A DNA stretch of 64,000 nucleotides from IMG/VR virus record IMGVR_UViG_3300021399_000099, positions 32,001 through 96,000 of that record, one strand, 5' to 3'. The first letter of the stretch is position 1; each line of letters opens with the position of its first letter. Under the pieces are notes generated by a model. It did no database searches. It saw only the letters and a list, made by a program, of their open reading frames with translations, and was not told the DNA's origin. Both the position numbers and the translations under genes were made by a program. The stretch is from a virus (taxonomy: Duplodnaviria; Caudoviricetes). Shown one piece after another: positions 36,512-46,387 of the stretch.

Positions 36512-37156
36512 ATGACTATTAACGAAAAAAGACAACTAAGCAACTATATTAAAGGGCTTGTACGTGAATCCCTTGGTGAGATGGACAATATGCCCAGCTG
36601 GTACAATGAGAAGAATCACGGCTTCGGTGATGAAGACGAATACGACGACTTCAAGAGCGGTTTCGAAAATGACGAAACCGACGGTGGGTTTGATGATTAT
36701 TCTGGGGAGAACGATGGGAATGATTTCTGGGAAGAATATGGTCAGGAGCAGCCCGGAAGGCATTATGAGGGTCCGGATGTAAATCCAGTGGCCGATGAGG
36801 AAGATGAACCTGCAGGACTCGATGAACTCCGCCGGCTTGCTGAATCTTACGCCCGTCAATCAGTTGCTCAAATACTTTCCGAGAGCAAAAAAAAGAATAA
36901 AAGAAAGAACAAGAAAGAGAAATCTTCAAGTAAGGATAAAACCGTTATTTCTCAGTTAAATGCTGACGGTACAAATGCCGCCCACTACTACTACAAACTT
37001 TATGGTGTAGAGAATGGTACGGACGCAGAAAAAGCTGCCGCAAGAAGCAAGGGTTATAAAAAGGCTAAGGGTAAGAAAAACGACACAGGAGTTCCTTACA
37101 AATTCACTTCAAAGGAAAGGAACAGACTTAATTCCCTCCTTACCGACAAGAAATAA
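36512..37156 (+). CDS. probable head-packaged protein: acidic N-half, basic C-terminus
   Basis: INE/VRES/LAES/LSES motifs; TATTTATA upstream. Confidence 0.7.
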   Translation: MTINEKRQLSNYIKGLVRESLGEMDNMPSWYNEKNHGFGDEDEYDDFKSGFENDETDGGFDDYSGENDGNDFWEEYGQEQPGRHYEGPDVNPVADEEDEPAGLDELRRLAESYARQSVAQILSESKKKNKRKNKKEKSSSKDKTVISQLNADGTNAAHYYYKLYGVENGTDAEKAAARSKGYKKAKGKKNDTGVPYKFTSKERNRLNSLLTDKK

Positions 37157-37160
37157 AAAC

Positions 37161-37191
37161 AATCCCAGGCATTAAGGACCTGGGATTTTTT
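37161..37191. terminator. bidirectional terminator
   Basis: AATCCCAGG...CCTGGGATTTTT. Confidence 0.65.
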
Positions 37192-37372
37192 ATCTATAAA
37201 CAACAGTCAGCCTTCCATCCTGATGTTCTTTTATGAACTTTTTAGCTTTTCTTATGCTTTCCGTAAAATATTCATCAATGACCCAGGTAGTGTGCTCGCC
37301 CATTTTTCCTTCAATTGCCAACCAATGAATATATCTCGTGTATTCTATTCTATACCACTTTTTAGTTCTCAT
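37190..37372 (-). CDS. hypothetical protein
   Basis: ORF in operon. Confidence 0.6.
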   Translation of the reverse strand: MRTKKWYRIEYTRYIHWLAIEGKMGEHTTWVIDEYFTESIRKAKKFIKEHQDGRLTVVYR

Positions 37373-37383
37373 AAGATTTTATT

Positions 37384-37734
37384 CTAAAGCTCTTTCCAAG
37401 TATAATCATATGCCAGTTCATCTTCGGTAGCCAGGCCATCCTTGTCCCCGATATAAAAGCAATCCAAATCAAAGGCCCTTGCCCGGTAAGAACCATACGT
37501 GCCACAAAATTCGTATGCACTTGAAATAAGGTTATGCAGTTCAATCATCTCGCTCTTGTCAAGTTTTATCTTGGCGGCAAGCGGAACGTCTTTACCAGTC
37601 TTTTCCTTTAGGAAGCCCCGCATTTTGTCTGTAAATACTACGAGCCGATAGAAATCCTTGGTAATCTTGTATTTCCCGTCTTTCCACTCTTCAAGACCGG
37701 ATATTAGATTATAATCTAATTTAAAGCTCCCCAT
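37384..37734 (-). CDS. hypothetical protein
   Basis: ORF. Confidence 0.75.
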   Translation of the reverse strand: MGSFKLDYNLISGLEEWKDGKYKITKDFYRLVVFTDKMRGFLKEKTGKDVPLAAKIKLDKSEMIELHNLISSAYEFCGTYGSYRARAFDLDCFYIGDKDGLATEDELAYDYTWKEL

Positions 37735-37739
37735 AAGAA

Positions 37740-38273
37740 CTAAAGTTGCTTTTTCCTGATTTGAACAATGACTTCGTCACTCATTTTAAATTTATCAAGA
37801 ATATCATCTGGCCAATCGAGAACCGTGGGCCCAACTATCCAGCCCACCTTTGTATTGAATGACGCTCCCTGCCCAGCTATCCACTCGGCGCCGGCTTTGA
37901 ATATATTTTTAACTATTTCCGGCTTTAAAAAGTTTTTATTTTGTGTATCGGCATATTTCTCTGCTGCCTCATCAACATTATCCGGCAGTTTAGGAATCTG
38001 AGCATTACGCCACTCTGCTCCCTCCTTAAAAGATTCTCTCGCATAGGCGTGTTCAGAATAAGTACAATTATCTGCCGCCTCGTCAATGTTTGGGGAAAGT
38101 GAAGATTCAATAATTTCACCGAATTGCCCATCTAAAACCCTATGGCACATTTCGGCAATATCTTCAACTTTGTCTTGTGCGTATTCATCAGCCGTATAGT
38201 TCTCGTTGTTTATTACAAGGTCACATTTACGAATAATGAACTTTAACAAATCTTTTACGTCTTCTCTTGTCAT
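37740..38273 (-). CDS. hypothetical protein with two DEAA...FK.GAEW repeats
   Basis: Start moved to ATG 38273. Confidence 0.75.
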   Translation of the reverse strand: MTREDVKDLLKFIIRKCDLVINNENYTADEYAQDKVEDIAEMCHRVLDGQFGEIIESSLSPNIDEAADNCTYSEHAYARESFKEGAEWRNAQIPKLPDNVDEAAEKYADTQNKNFLKPEIVKNIFKAGAEWIAGQGASFNTKVGWIVGPTVLDWPDDILDKFKMSDEVIVQIRKKQL

Positions 38274-38278
38274 AATCT

Positions 38279-38476
38279 TTACTTGTATTGTTTTCCGTAA
38301 TCGTCTTCCACAACATAGACACCGTAGTTCTTGTGGTAGTCCTCGTTGAGTTCCTTGCACTTTTTCAGTGCGTCGCGGAGCGTATGGTTATCACTCCATA
38401 TGCAATCATACGAACCGTCAAAATGATACCGAACGATTGTGTATATCGGGAGGTTAATTGGTTGTTTATTTTCCAT
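38279..38476 (-). CDS. hypothetical protein
   Basis: ORF. Confidence 0.65.
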   Translation of the reverse strand: MENKQPINLPIYTIVRYHFDGSYDCIWSDNHTLRDALKKCKELNEDYHKNYGVYVVEDDYGKQYK

Positions 38477-38478
38477 AT

Positions 38479-38871
38479 CTATATTAAATTTTCAAGGCAA
38501 TATTTAATAGCCGCTTCACAGGCTTCTTCATAACTGTTAAACCAGTCCCATTGCATTTTACTTGGAATGGGAATTTCCTGTTTTTGAATGAATACTTCAT
38601 ATCCCCAATTTTTATCACTGCCTATTACAGTATTGATACCAATGAAAAGATTATGGGTTTTTCTCAACCACTTCATTGTCATTTGAAGTGTTGGGGCATG
38701 AATACACCCAATAAGCCCATCACTATAGTATATTGAAATTGGAGAGTCAAAAAATTTTATTTTTTCTGGCGTTTCAGATAAAGTATAATAGTAGCCAATA
38801 GTGTCTTCGTCAAATCCTTTCTTTTTCAAGAGTTTTGCCGTTTCAAAACTTACGTAATCTTCGGTAATCAT
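38479..38871 (-). CDS. paralog family A (MITEDYVSFE...IKYCLENLI)
   Basis: Conserved termini. Confidence 0.85.
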   Translation of the reverse strand: MITEDYVSFETAKLLKKKGFDEDTIGYYYTLSETPEKIKFFDSPISIYYSDGLIGCIHAPTLQMTMKWLRKTHNLFIGINTVIGSDKNWGYEVFIQKQEIPIPSKMQWDWFNSYEEACEAAIKYCLENLI

Positions 38872-39119
38872 AATTCTTTTATTTCCCTGATATAAGCATC
38901 AATTTTTTTTCTTGTAAGCCATATTGTGTTACTTTTTCCGCCTTTTGTACGGAAAGTTCTAAACGTGCCCACACTTGTACCTTTGTACCATCCTTCAGAC
39001 TGTTCCTTTGAAACCTTTTTTCGGAACATAAGGAGGCGTTTTATGTTAGTTCCGAAATGTTTTTGGAAGTATTTGCGTTCGTAGTTATTCAATCCTACGG
39101 TATCATGTTTTTCGTACAT
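38868..39119 (-). CDS. basic hypothetical protein
   Basis: ORF with ATGA overlap. Confidence 0.65.
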   Translation of the reverse strand: MYEKHDTVGLNNYERKYFQKHFGTNIKRLLMFRKKVSKEQSEGWYKGTSVGTFRTFRTKGGKSNTIWLTRKKIDAYIREIKEL

Positions 39120-39218
39120 TTTATTTCTTCTCCGTTATGTCTAGTTCTGGGTTTTTCCGGGTCTATCTTCCCACCCATATAATCATTAAGAATCTTTATT
39201 GCTTCTTCCTTATTCATA

Positions 39219-39446
39219 TTACATTGAGTTTAGTTTGTTGATAAGTTTGTCTAACATGAGTCTCCCACCATTAAGGGTGTCCTCATTTTTCCACTCCTTT
39301 TTATAAGCTTGTTTGAGCCACGCCTTCTGTCCTTTTGCCCAATCCAGCAGAACGTCCTTACTGAGATAGCAAACATGATAAGGCAAACTTTCCGTCAATT
39401 CTTCTGCACTTATCTCATGCACATAAATCTTATCTGGTGCTTTCAT
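39219..39446 (-). CDS. hypothetical protein (MKAPDKIY)
   Basis: ORF. Confidence 0.7.
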   Translation of the reverse strand: MKAPDKIYVHEISAEELTESLPYHVCYLSKDVLLDWAKGQKAWLKQAYKKEWKNEDTLNGGRLMLDKLINKLNSM

Positions 39447-39606
39447 TTAGTTTCCTCATTTCTTACGTTAAAGTCTTCACAATATTCGTGACCAAACACA
39501 TGGACTATTGTCGTGTGCGGATTGGTGCATATACCCTCCGGCTCGGTGCCCTCTGAACCGCTTATCGTTGGCTCATAATACTTGCAATACAAACAATAAT
39601 ACTTAC

Positions 39607-39870
39607 TCATTTCTTCCTTGCTTTAAGACCAAGTTCGTAGAAGTAATAAGCAATATTATTTAAAGTACCCCACCCAAAATCGCCATTTGGCTTATACCTT
39701 CTTGCCGCTTCCTCTAATTCCTTTTCCAAATCAACCTCTGGCTGTTCCTGCTGGAGAGAGGTAATGATAGAAAGGACATGATAGAGATTACCCTGCAAAT
39801 TGTCATATCCGCTATCGATAAGAAACTGTATCTGCGTTTTCAGTTTATCTGCGTCAATATATTTGTTCAT
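39607..39870 (-). CDS. paralog family C (KYID.DKL...SLQQEQP)
   Basis: Shared N-terminus with 40080 and 40761. Confidence 0.75.
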   Translation of the reverse strand: MNKYIDADKLKTQIQFLIDSGYDNLQGNLYHVLSIITSLQQEQPEVDLEKELEEAARRYKPNGDFGWGTLNNIAYYFYELGLKARKK

Positions 39871-39874
39871 AACG

Positions 39875-40090
39875 TTACTTATCAAGCCATTTTAATGTTT
39901 CGTAATCCACTTGAATCAAGGCAGAAGATACGCCATTTCTGTAATCTAACGCAACCATAGACAATGTTCCGTTGGAATATTTCCTTCCCCTATCGACTTG
40001 AACATTTACTGCACAGTCGCGACCGATGTCCGTACGAATTTCCTGTAACCTCTCAATAAGCCCGTCGAGAGTCATTAATTTATTTTCCAT
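39875..40090 (-). CDS. hypothetical protein
   Basis: ORF. Confidence 0.65.
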   Translation of the reverse strand: MENKLMTLDGLIERLQEIRTDIGRDCAVNVQVDRGRKYSNGTLSMVALDYRNGVSSALIQVDYETLKWLDK

Positions 40091-40487
40091 TTTGATTCTT
40101 CTTATAAGCCCATTCTTCGACTAAAGTTTGTTCATCCCACGTACTTTCATCTTCGAAAGTATAAACCCATCCATCTTCTTCGTCAAACTCAACATTTACA
40201 ATTTTACCGAGAAGATACTCTCCTTCTTCATTTGAAGTATTGATGTAATAGGCAAGAACATCACCGACATTCCACCTCGACTTTTTCCCATGGACATACT
40301 CGGTTGATAGATAGCCATATTCTGGTTGCTCATCCGGTTGTTCCTGCTGGATGGAGGTGATGAATCTCCTGATGTCTTTCAAGGCACATTTATATCCGTA
40401 TTCTGCGTCCCCATCTTCAAAACCTTGTTCTTGAAGTATCCGCCTTTCTATCTCGGCAATCAGTTTTTCTGCGTCGATGTATTTCAT
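40080..40487 (-). CDS. paralog family C with extra C-terminal domain
   Basis: MKYIDAEKL...SIQQEQP. Confidence 0.75.
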   Translation of the reverse strand: MKYIDAEKLIAEIERRILQEQGFEDGDAEYGYKCALKDIRRFITSIQQEQPDEQPEYGYLSTEYVHGKKSRWNVGDVLAYYINTSNEEGEYLLGKIVNVEFDEEDGWVYTFEDESTWDEQTLVEEWAYKKNQNGK

Positions 40488-40496
40488 AAACTAAAA

Positions 40497-40757
40497 TTAT
40501 TCTGGTACATAAGCCGGGCATGCGTCGGCCTCTTCCTTTGTTGCAAAAGCATTGTTTGGGGTTATTTTACCGGGGATGTTACACATTGGTCCCGCCTCCC
40601 CATCGTGATACATTTCAAGGTAGGACTGCTTACCCTCCTCAAGGAATACATAAACATCTACATGAGTGATTTTAACTTGCTTCGCCTCGTTGGTAACCAG
40701 GTTTTTTCTCCATACAGTATCGCCGGGGTTAAATTGCGTTTCTATTGTCAGTTTCAT
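40497..40757 (-). CDS. hypothetical protein (IETQFNPGDTVW)
   Basis: ORF. Confidence 0.75.
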   Translation of the reverse strand: MKLTIETQFNPGDTVWRKNLVTNEAKQVKITHVDVYVFLEEGKQSYLEMYHDGEAGPMCNIPGKITPNNAFATKEEADACPAYVPE

Positions 40758-40760
40758 AGG

Positions 40761-41036
40761 CTAAAATAGTTTTAACAAATCGTTAAACAAATCCAGCAAT
40801 ACACCTTCATTTGCAACGGCATTTAATGCTTTCATTTGTTCCTTGCTGGGCTTCCAATTGGACTGGGGCGAAGAAAGTTTCTGGCAAGACTCAACAATAC
40901 CTATAGCTTGTCGTAATCCGGCATCCTTGCCCATTTCCCACTCGTCGTAATCTCTATCAAGAATGGTTGGCATTAGATGCTTTCTTAACCTGGCAATCAG
41001 TTTATCTGTATCAATGTATTTGTTCATATTAGTCAT
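40761..41036 (-). CDS. paralog family C with WKPS.EQM.AL module
   Basis: MNKYIDTDKL. Confidence 0.75.
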   Translation of the reverse strand: MTNMNKYIDTDKLIARLRKHLMPTILDRDYDEWEMGKDAGLRQAIGIVESCQKLSSPQSNWKPSKEQMKALNAVANEGVLLDLFNDLLKLF

Positions 41037-41214
41037 AGATAAAGTAATCCTTAAACATACCCTGTTCCTTAAGTTGTCTCATTACGTCGTTAAAAATCTT
41101 TTTTTTAGATTTATAGTCCCTGTAATAGCTATCCGTATAGGCAAGACCTCGTTCCATTAACCCAATAAGCTTTCTTGCTTCTTTGGTTTCTAATTCAATC
41201 TGCTTCATATTCAT
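41029..41214 (-). CDS. hypothetical protein
   Basis: ORF. Confidence 0.6.
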   Translation of the reverse strand: MNMKQIELETKEARKLIGLMERGLAYTDSYYRDYKSKKKIFNDVMRQLKEQGMFKDYFIYD

Positions 41215-41234
41215 AGTACAAAAATTTTCAATCT

Positions 41235-41537
41235 TTACAAATTTTTAACGTCGTAGCCTGTTTCATATAAGGTCTTAAGACTATCAATCTGTTCGGTCAG
41301 CTGTTCTATCTTTTCCTTGTTTTGTTTGTCGATAATTCTGATGCACCTGAGAGAAAATGCCAACGTAATGGTAATCAAAACCAAGCTGTAGGCGAAAACC
41401 CTCCAACTAATCAATTTGTTTTTCTCGCTGTCTTCCTTTCCACTACAGATAGAAGATGCCACCAGGTCACATACAATGGCAAGGATGGCCCCCATAACCA
41501 GACTAATAAGAATCCAAAGTGTATTACTCATAATCAA
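41235..41537 (-). CDS. two-TM plus coiled-coil protein, similar layout to 47785-48084
   Basis: After promoter 41565. Confidence 0.75.
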   Translation of the reverse strand: MIMSNTLWILISLVMGAILAIVCDLVASSICSGKEDSEKNKLISWRVFAYSLVLITITLAFSLRCIRIIDKQNKEKIEQLTEQIDSLKTLYETGYDVKNL

Positions 41538-41597
41538 AAAATTAAATGTTCTTTACTATCATATGCAAAAACCGTGCCAAACTATTCTTGTACAATT

Positions 41598-41798
41598 TTA
41601 CACATCCTCAGACCAGTCCCCATGGTTCCAACGCCATCCGCTCATCCAGTCGCCCGCCATGTATATCCCACGACCGACCTTCATGACACACCAGGCCAGC
41701 GCGAACCACGACACCACGAACGGAGCAAGCACATACCACAGAATCTTCTTCCACCACGGGCATGTTTTCAAAAAATCTTTTATTTCTTTGTTAGTCAT
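41598..41798 (-). CDS. small membrane protein
   Basis: Trp-rich hydrophobic segment. Confidence 0.65.
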   Translation of the reverse strand: MTNKEIKDFLKTCPWWKKILWYVLAPFVVSWFALAWCVMKVGRGIYMAGDWMSGWRWNHGDWSEDV

Positions 41799-42025
41799 AT
41801 TCTGTTATTCCACTTTTCAATCATTTTCTCCTTAAGCCATTCGACATCATAACGAAATGCCGATTGTTCCATTGTCGCACCACACTCACACTTGATGGTT
41901 ATTGACTTCTTGTTGAACGCCTCATTCCGCCCCTTAAGATACCAGTAAGGTTTTTTACCACAGAAAGGGCACGGTTTAAGCTCTTCCGGGTAGGTAATGT
42001 GGTTATGTATCTCGCTCATAATCAT
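41795..42025 (-). CDS. Lar-like (restriction alleviation) zinc-ribbon protein
   Basis: LKPCPFCG...IKCECG...WNNR. Confidence 0.7.
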   Translation of the reverse strand: MIMSEIHNHITYPEELKPCPFCGKKPYWYLKGRNEAFNKKSITIKCECGATMEQSAFRYDVEWLKEKMIEKWNNRI

Positions 42026-42340
42026 TTACTTAACGTATTTGTTGATGTTCTCGTTTGTATCCGCCAGCCACTGTTTGTGTTTCTCAAGGTCGCGATTGTA
42101 CCTGTCTTGGTTTGTTTCACAGTATTTGCAACTTGGCCAATGTACGATTTCAACATCATATATACCAGACCCAATATACGAGTGATTGAAAATAAACTGG
42201 TGCGTATGCCCTTCAAATGTGAGCTCAATGAGTTTCGTGTCGTCCTCTAATGACTTCTCAGAACCCGGAACAAGGTTTTCCGCATCAAAATCGCAGGAAC
42301 ACAGCATCATAGCCGCCAATAACAAAATAAACTTTTTCAT
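42026..42340 (-). CDS. lipoprotein, paralog of 62126-62350
   Basis: MKKFILLLAAMMLCSC; FEGH...VHWPSCKYC. Confidence 0.75.
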   Translation of the reverse strand: MKKFILLLAAMMLCSCDFDAENLVPGSEKSLEDDTKLIELTFEGHTHQFIFNHSYIGSGIYDVEIVHWPSCKYCETNQDRYNRDLEKHKQWLADTNENINKYVK

Positions 42341-42419
42341 AACATTCTTTTAATATTTTCAGCCATACTATATGCAAAAACCGTGCCATATATCAGTTTC
42401 GTTTCCGTGATATATCATA

Positions 42420-42851
42420 TTATTCCCAAATTACATCAATCGTTATTTTTCCTTCCACGTCATCCCACTTGCATTGCTTGCAGATGTTCGGGAAATCTTT
42501 GCTCGTCTCAGGATACCACTCAGAAAGTATGTTTCCAATCTCATACGGGTATATTTCTGCGGCGTGCATTGATAAACAGTTCATACTGCAGATAAACCAG
42601 GCTTGTTCTGTGTCCGGTTCATCATCAAATGTGAAAAACATAACACCACTCCGCACGTATGTCACCGTCAATTTTCTCCAACGCATTTTTTCACCATCGT
42701 AATGCCAGAATTTCCTGCCGACCTTGATGTATGCTTTAACCGCCTCGTCATGCTTGCAGAAAAGTTCATATAAACGCGTGGCAAACGTAGTGCGACTATA
42801 GTTTTTGTTTATGAAATCAAGTATTTGTTGCTCTATGTTATCCTTTTCCAT
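42420..42851 (-). CDS. hypothetical protein
   Basis: ORF. Confidence 0.75.
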   Translation of the reverse strand: MEKDNIEQQILDFINKNYSRTTFATRLYELFCKHDEAVKAYIKVGRKFWHYDGEKMRWRKLTVTYVRSGVMFFTFDDEPDTEQAWFICSMNCLSMHAAEIYPYEIGNILSEWYPETSKDFPNICKQCKWDDVEGKITIDVIWE

Positions 42852-42852
42852 A

Positions 42853-43230
42853 TTAAATCAAGTTTTCAAGACAGTACTTAATAGCGGTTTCGCAGGCTTC
42901 TTTATAGGTAGAAAAACTGCATAATGATTCACCCATTTTTTGACTTGAATCATTCATAAGCCAAATAGACCACCACCATTTGTAGCTTGTTAAAGGGTCG
43001 ATAACTATAAAAAGAAAATGTACTTCCCTCAACCATTTCATTGCCATTTGGAGAGTAGGACAAGTACATGTCATATCTTCTCTTAAATCGCTATTCCACC
43101 ACTCATCACGCTTAAGATTCTTCAAATAACCTTCATGTGGCTTACAGTAGAACATCTCACAAACTTCGTTAAACCCCTTCTCCTTCAAAAGTTTAGCGAT
43201 TTCAAAACTGACGTAATCTTCAGTAATCAT
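42853..43230 (-). CDS. paralog family A
   Basis: Start moved to MITEDY at 43230. Confidence 0.85.
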   Translation of the reverse strand: MITEDYVSFEIAKLLKEKGFNEVCEMFYCKPHEGYLKNLKRDEWWNSDLREDMTCTCPTLQMAMKWLREVHFLFIVIDPLTSYKWWWSIWLMNDSSQKMGESLCSFSTYKEACETAIKYCLENLI

Positions 43231-43390
43231 AATTTTCTTTTTTATTTCCTTTCCACCAAGGACAACCGAGGCACATTTTATCAACCTCGTCCGGCTTCTT
43301 ATTTTCATCCGTTTTTTTACCAGAACACCACATTGGACTGTCCCATGACCAATGCATACCACATTTTGCAACAGCCATATCTATTCAGTT

Positions 43391-43750
43391 TTAATACATT
43401 CCTTCTTTTGCTTCAAGAGCAAGCCCCATTGGAATAAGACCACGATAGTCAAAATGATTCTCAATTAACCACGTTATTAACTCTTCAGCATTTATCGCAT
43501 TGGGTCTTAGTGATAGTTCTTCAATGTGAATGTTATAATAGCCGGATTCATCGTATGTCATACTTTCCATAGGACGGAGATAGGGCTTGCACTCTCGCAC
43601 TACGACATTATCCGTATAATTTAGGGTTCCTGTTTTAATATCAACCTCACGTAATTCTATATTTGCACCATCATTTCTATGGTATATAACCCCGTAAGGT
43701 AACCTCGCAGAAAGGTCCTTTAATAGTAGTTCTTTTTCCTCTTGTGTCAT
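43391..43750 (-). CDS. paralog family B (MTQEEKELLLKDL.ARLPY...KPYLRPM...FDYRGLI.MGLALEA)
   Basis: Conserved blocks. Confidence 0.85.
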   Translation of the reverse strand: MTQEEKELLLKDLSARLPYGVIYHRNDGANIELREVDIKTGTLNYTDNVVVRECKPYLRPMESMTYDESGYYNIHIEELSLRPNAINAEELITWLIENHFDYRGLIPMGLALEAKEGMY

Positions 43751-43752
43751 AT

Positions 43753-44163
43753 CTATATCAAGTTTTCAAGACAATACTTAATAGCTGCTTCACAGGCTTC
43801 TTCGTAAGAATCATATCCTGTCAGTGTGTCAATAAGTCCATTCTTTTTAATTTTACAAACATCGACATACCACCACAGTTCGTCATCAAGCCCCCAATCA
43901 AAAAGTAGCTCAATAGATAACCTATGCACTTCCCTTAACCATTTCATTACTATTTGAATGGAAACGTGGGGCGCCACCAGTGTCAATGTTTCAGAATCAA
44001 AAGGAAGTTCTGGGCTATATTCTTCGTTAGGAACAGTGTAACTATTGTTCTTCCGCCACTCATCTCTATCCTGCTCTGAATAAAATGGAGATTCAAGCCA
44101 ATCAAACCCCTTATCTTTCAAGAGTTTAGCGGTTTCAAACGAAACATAATCTTCTGTAATCAT
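43753..44163 (-). CDS. paralog family A
   Basis: Conserved termini. Confidence 0.85.
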   Translation of the reverse strand: MITEDYVSFETAKLLKDKGFDWLESPFYSEQDRDEWRKNNSYTVPNEEYSPELPFDSETLTLVAPHVSIQIVMKWLREVHRLSIELLFDWGLDDELWWYVDVCKIKKNGLIDTLTGYDSYEEACEAAIKYCLENLI

Positions 44164-44168
44164 ATTCT

Positions 44169-44735
44169 CTAATCTTCTTTTTTCTTCAAGAAATCAAAAT
44201 CATAATGCTTCCAATCTTTCAACTCGGTTTCCAACTTACTGAAATCCATACGGTGAGCACCAGTTTCCGCTACAATCTTTATGAGCGACTCGACGGCTTC
44301 ATTATTCACATCCAGAAGAATAGTGCTAACCAAGATACAAAACTGGAAGAACAAGAACCTTTGAACTTCTCCGGGGTAATCCACCATCCTATGGCGACCA
44401 CCGCCTACAAGCATTATATCGCCCATCAAGCAATTTGCTCCATCGACGGGAACCTTCCGTTCGTACTGTTTTCCATTCACATCGGTACGGAAATAAAGCA
44501 TGAATTTAGGATACAACGAATCAACACTCGCAATTTTAACAACCACTATATCAAAGTGGAAATCATTACGCGGACGCTCATCGCAAATATGGGCGACGAC
44601 CGATTCCCTTGCCTTTTCTTCCATTTCGTGGAGCATCTTAATAGACTCGTCCGTAGGTGCCCTGTGCTCATGGACGTTAATCGTATCAGGGAAATGGACG
44701 CTATGGTCCTCATGTACATGTGTAGTATTAAACAT
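44169..44735 (-). CDS. hypothetical protein (HEHRAPTDESIKML.EMEEKA)
   Basis: ORF. Confidence 0.8.
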   Translation of the reverse strand: MFNTTHVHEDHSVHFPDTINVHEHRAPTDESIKMLHEMEEKARESVVAHICDERPRNDFHFDIVVVKIASVDSLYPKFMLYFRTDVNGKQYERKVPVDGANCLMGDIMLVGGGRHRMVDYPGEVQRFLFFQFCILVSTILLDVNNEAVESLIKIVAETGAHRMDFSKLETELKDWKHYDFDFLKKKED

Positions 44736-44763
44736 TTTGATGAATTATTTTACTTGAATATAA

Positions 44764-45162
44764 CTAAATCAAATTTTCAAGGCAATACTTTATAGTCGCT
44801 TCAGCTGCTTCTTCGTAAGTGTTGAACTCCATTTCACCAAATGGATTTTTATATTCACCAGATTTACTGGAGAATCTGCACACGGACGGTGCGAAAAAGT
44901 AGTACTGATTATTATCAACGTCAAAACCCATCTCGACAGATATGTGGATTTTATGCACTTCCCTCAACCACTTCATTGCCATTTGAATAGAACAAACTTC
45001 TATAATCTCATCACCTATATTATAGTAGTATCCCTGTCCAGGGTTGCGTCTTAAAAACTCCCCATTAATAAACACCCCTCTAAAAGAATCATATGGTACA
45101 ACAAACCCCTTTTCCTTAAGGAGTTTCGCTGTATCAAAACTAACATAATCTTCTGTAATCAT
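44764..45162 (-). CDS. paralog family A
   Basis: Start moved to 45162. Confidence 0.85.
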   Translation of the reverse strand: MITEDYVSFDTAKLLKEKGFVVPYDSFRGVFINGEFLRRNPGQGYYYNIGDEIIEVCSIQMAMKWLREVHKIHISVEMGFDVDNNQYYFFAPSVCRFSSKSGEYKNPFGEMEFNTYEEAAEATIKYCLENLI

Positions 45163-45164
45163 AA

Positions 45165-45533
45165 TCAAATCAATTTCTCCAAACAATATTTTATTGCTGC
45201 CTCACAAGCTTCTTCATAAGATGTTTTAGATAATCTTTTATCCCATCCCTGTATATTTGCGCCAGTTGTGCGATAAAGATATCCAATATAATTTCCATTA
45301 TTTTCAATTGCCATTGTAATATGAATGTTATGCACTTCCCTCAACCATTTCATTGCCATTTGAAGGGTCGGACAAAGAAACTCATCTGTTTGAATACATG
45401 ACAACAAATCATGCGAAAATATCATAGGATTCTCAAAATCTTCAGTGTAGTAACTTTTTGTAGTCGGTTCATCAAACCCCTTCTCTTTAAGGAGTTTAGC
45501 AGTTTCAAAAGAGACATAATCTTCGGTAATCAT
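45165..45533 (-). CDS. paralog family A
   Basis: Conserved termini. Confidence 0.85.
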   Translation of the reverse strand: MITEDYVSFETAKLLKEKGFDEPTTKSYYTEDFENPMIFSHDLLSCIQTDEFLCPTLQMAMKWLREVHNIHITMAIENNGNYIGYLYRTTGANIQGWDKRLSKTSYEEACEAAIKYCLEKLI

Positions 45534-46240
45534 ATTTTATCATTCAAATATTTAATAAATCTTTCTATAATATAATTCGACATATCATCAGGGTGTTCAA
45601 ATCCTTTCTTCTTCAACTCATTTTTCAATTCCGAGTCTGTGTCTGCCCATAATCCCCATTCATTTCTAATCCATCTACCCATTGAGTTATGCACAGAAAT
45701 TGCGCCGTTTTCGAGAAGGTAATCCCTGTCTTCTTTTGAAACTACCTTAGCCAAGATTTTGACTGCTTCATCAACGGTTTTTGGGGTGGGAATCTTGTAT
45801 TCTTCTTTATTATACATCCCTTCTTTAGCTTCAAGTGCGAGCCCCATAGGTATTAAACCACGGTAGTCAAATTGACGAGCATTGAGCCAATCAGAAATTT
45901 CTGCAATGGCTGATTCTCTTCCGACTTCAGCAAATGCTACTCGTTGTAGCTCTTGATTTCTGAAATCAAAGTATTCATTTCTTTCCTCCTCAGTCATGGA
46001 AGACATTGGACGGAGATATGGCTTTAATACAATATTATCATTGACAAAATCACTGATGATATTAGTATTAAGTATTTTTTTTACTGTAACGTTACGCACT
46101 TGATTAACAGGCATGCTTATACCGTTATTCATTGGTTTTAGTTCCCTGACTACACCTTTTTTGGTAATACTGCATTTTACCTTATAAGGCAACCTTGCAC
46201 AAAGGTCCTTGAGCAATATCTGTTTTTCTTCCTGTGTCAT
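45530..46240 (-). CDS. paralog family B fused to C-terminal DUF6794-like domain
   Basis: PKTVDEA...GRWIRNEWGLW...HPDDMS (family name from memory). Confidence 0.7.
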   Translation of the reverse strand: MTQEEKQILLKDLCARLPYKVKCSITKKGVVRELKPMNNGISMPVNQVRNVTVKKILNTNIISDFVNDNIVLKPYLRPMSSMTEEERNEYFDFRNQELQRVAFAEVGRESAIAEISDWLNARQFDYRGLIPMGLALEAKEGMYNKEEYKIPTPKTVDEAVKILAKVVSKEDRDYLLENGAISVHNSMGRWIRNEWGLWADTDSELKNELKKKGFEHPDDMSNYIIERFIKYLNDKI

Positions 46241-46387
46241 ATTTTATGATTTTCAATGTCTTCAATTAACTTTTTAGCCATAGTTTTTATACTATAATCA
46301 GCATGCTCATCTAATTTTATCGCTATAGGCAAACCTATTATAAAAACCAAAGCAAACAATATTGGTAAGAAGTTCGTAATCATCTTA

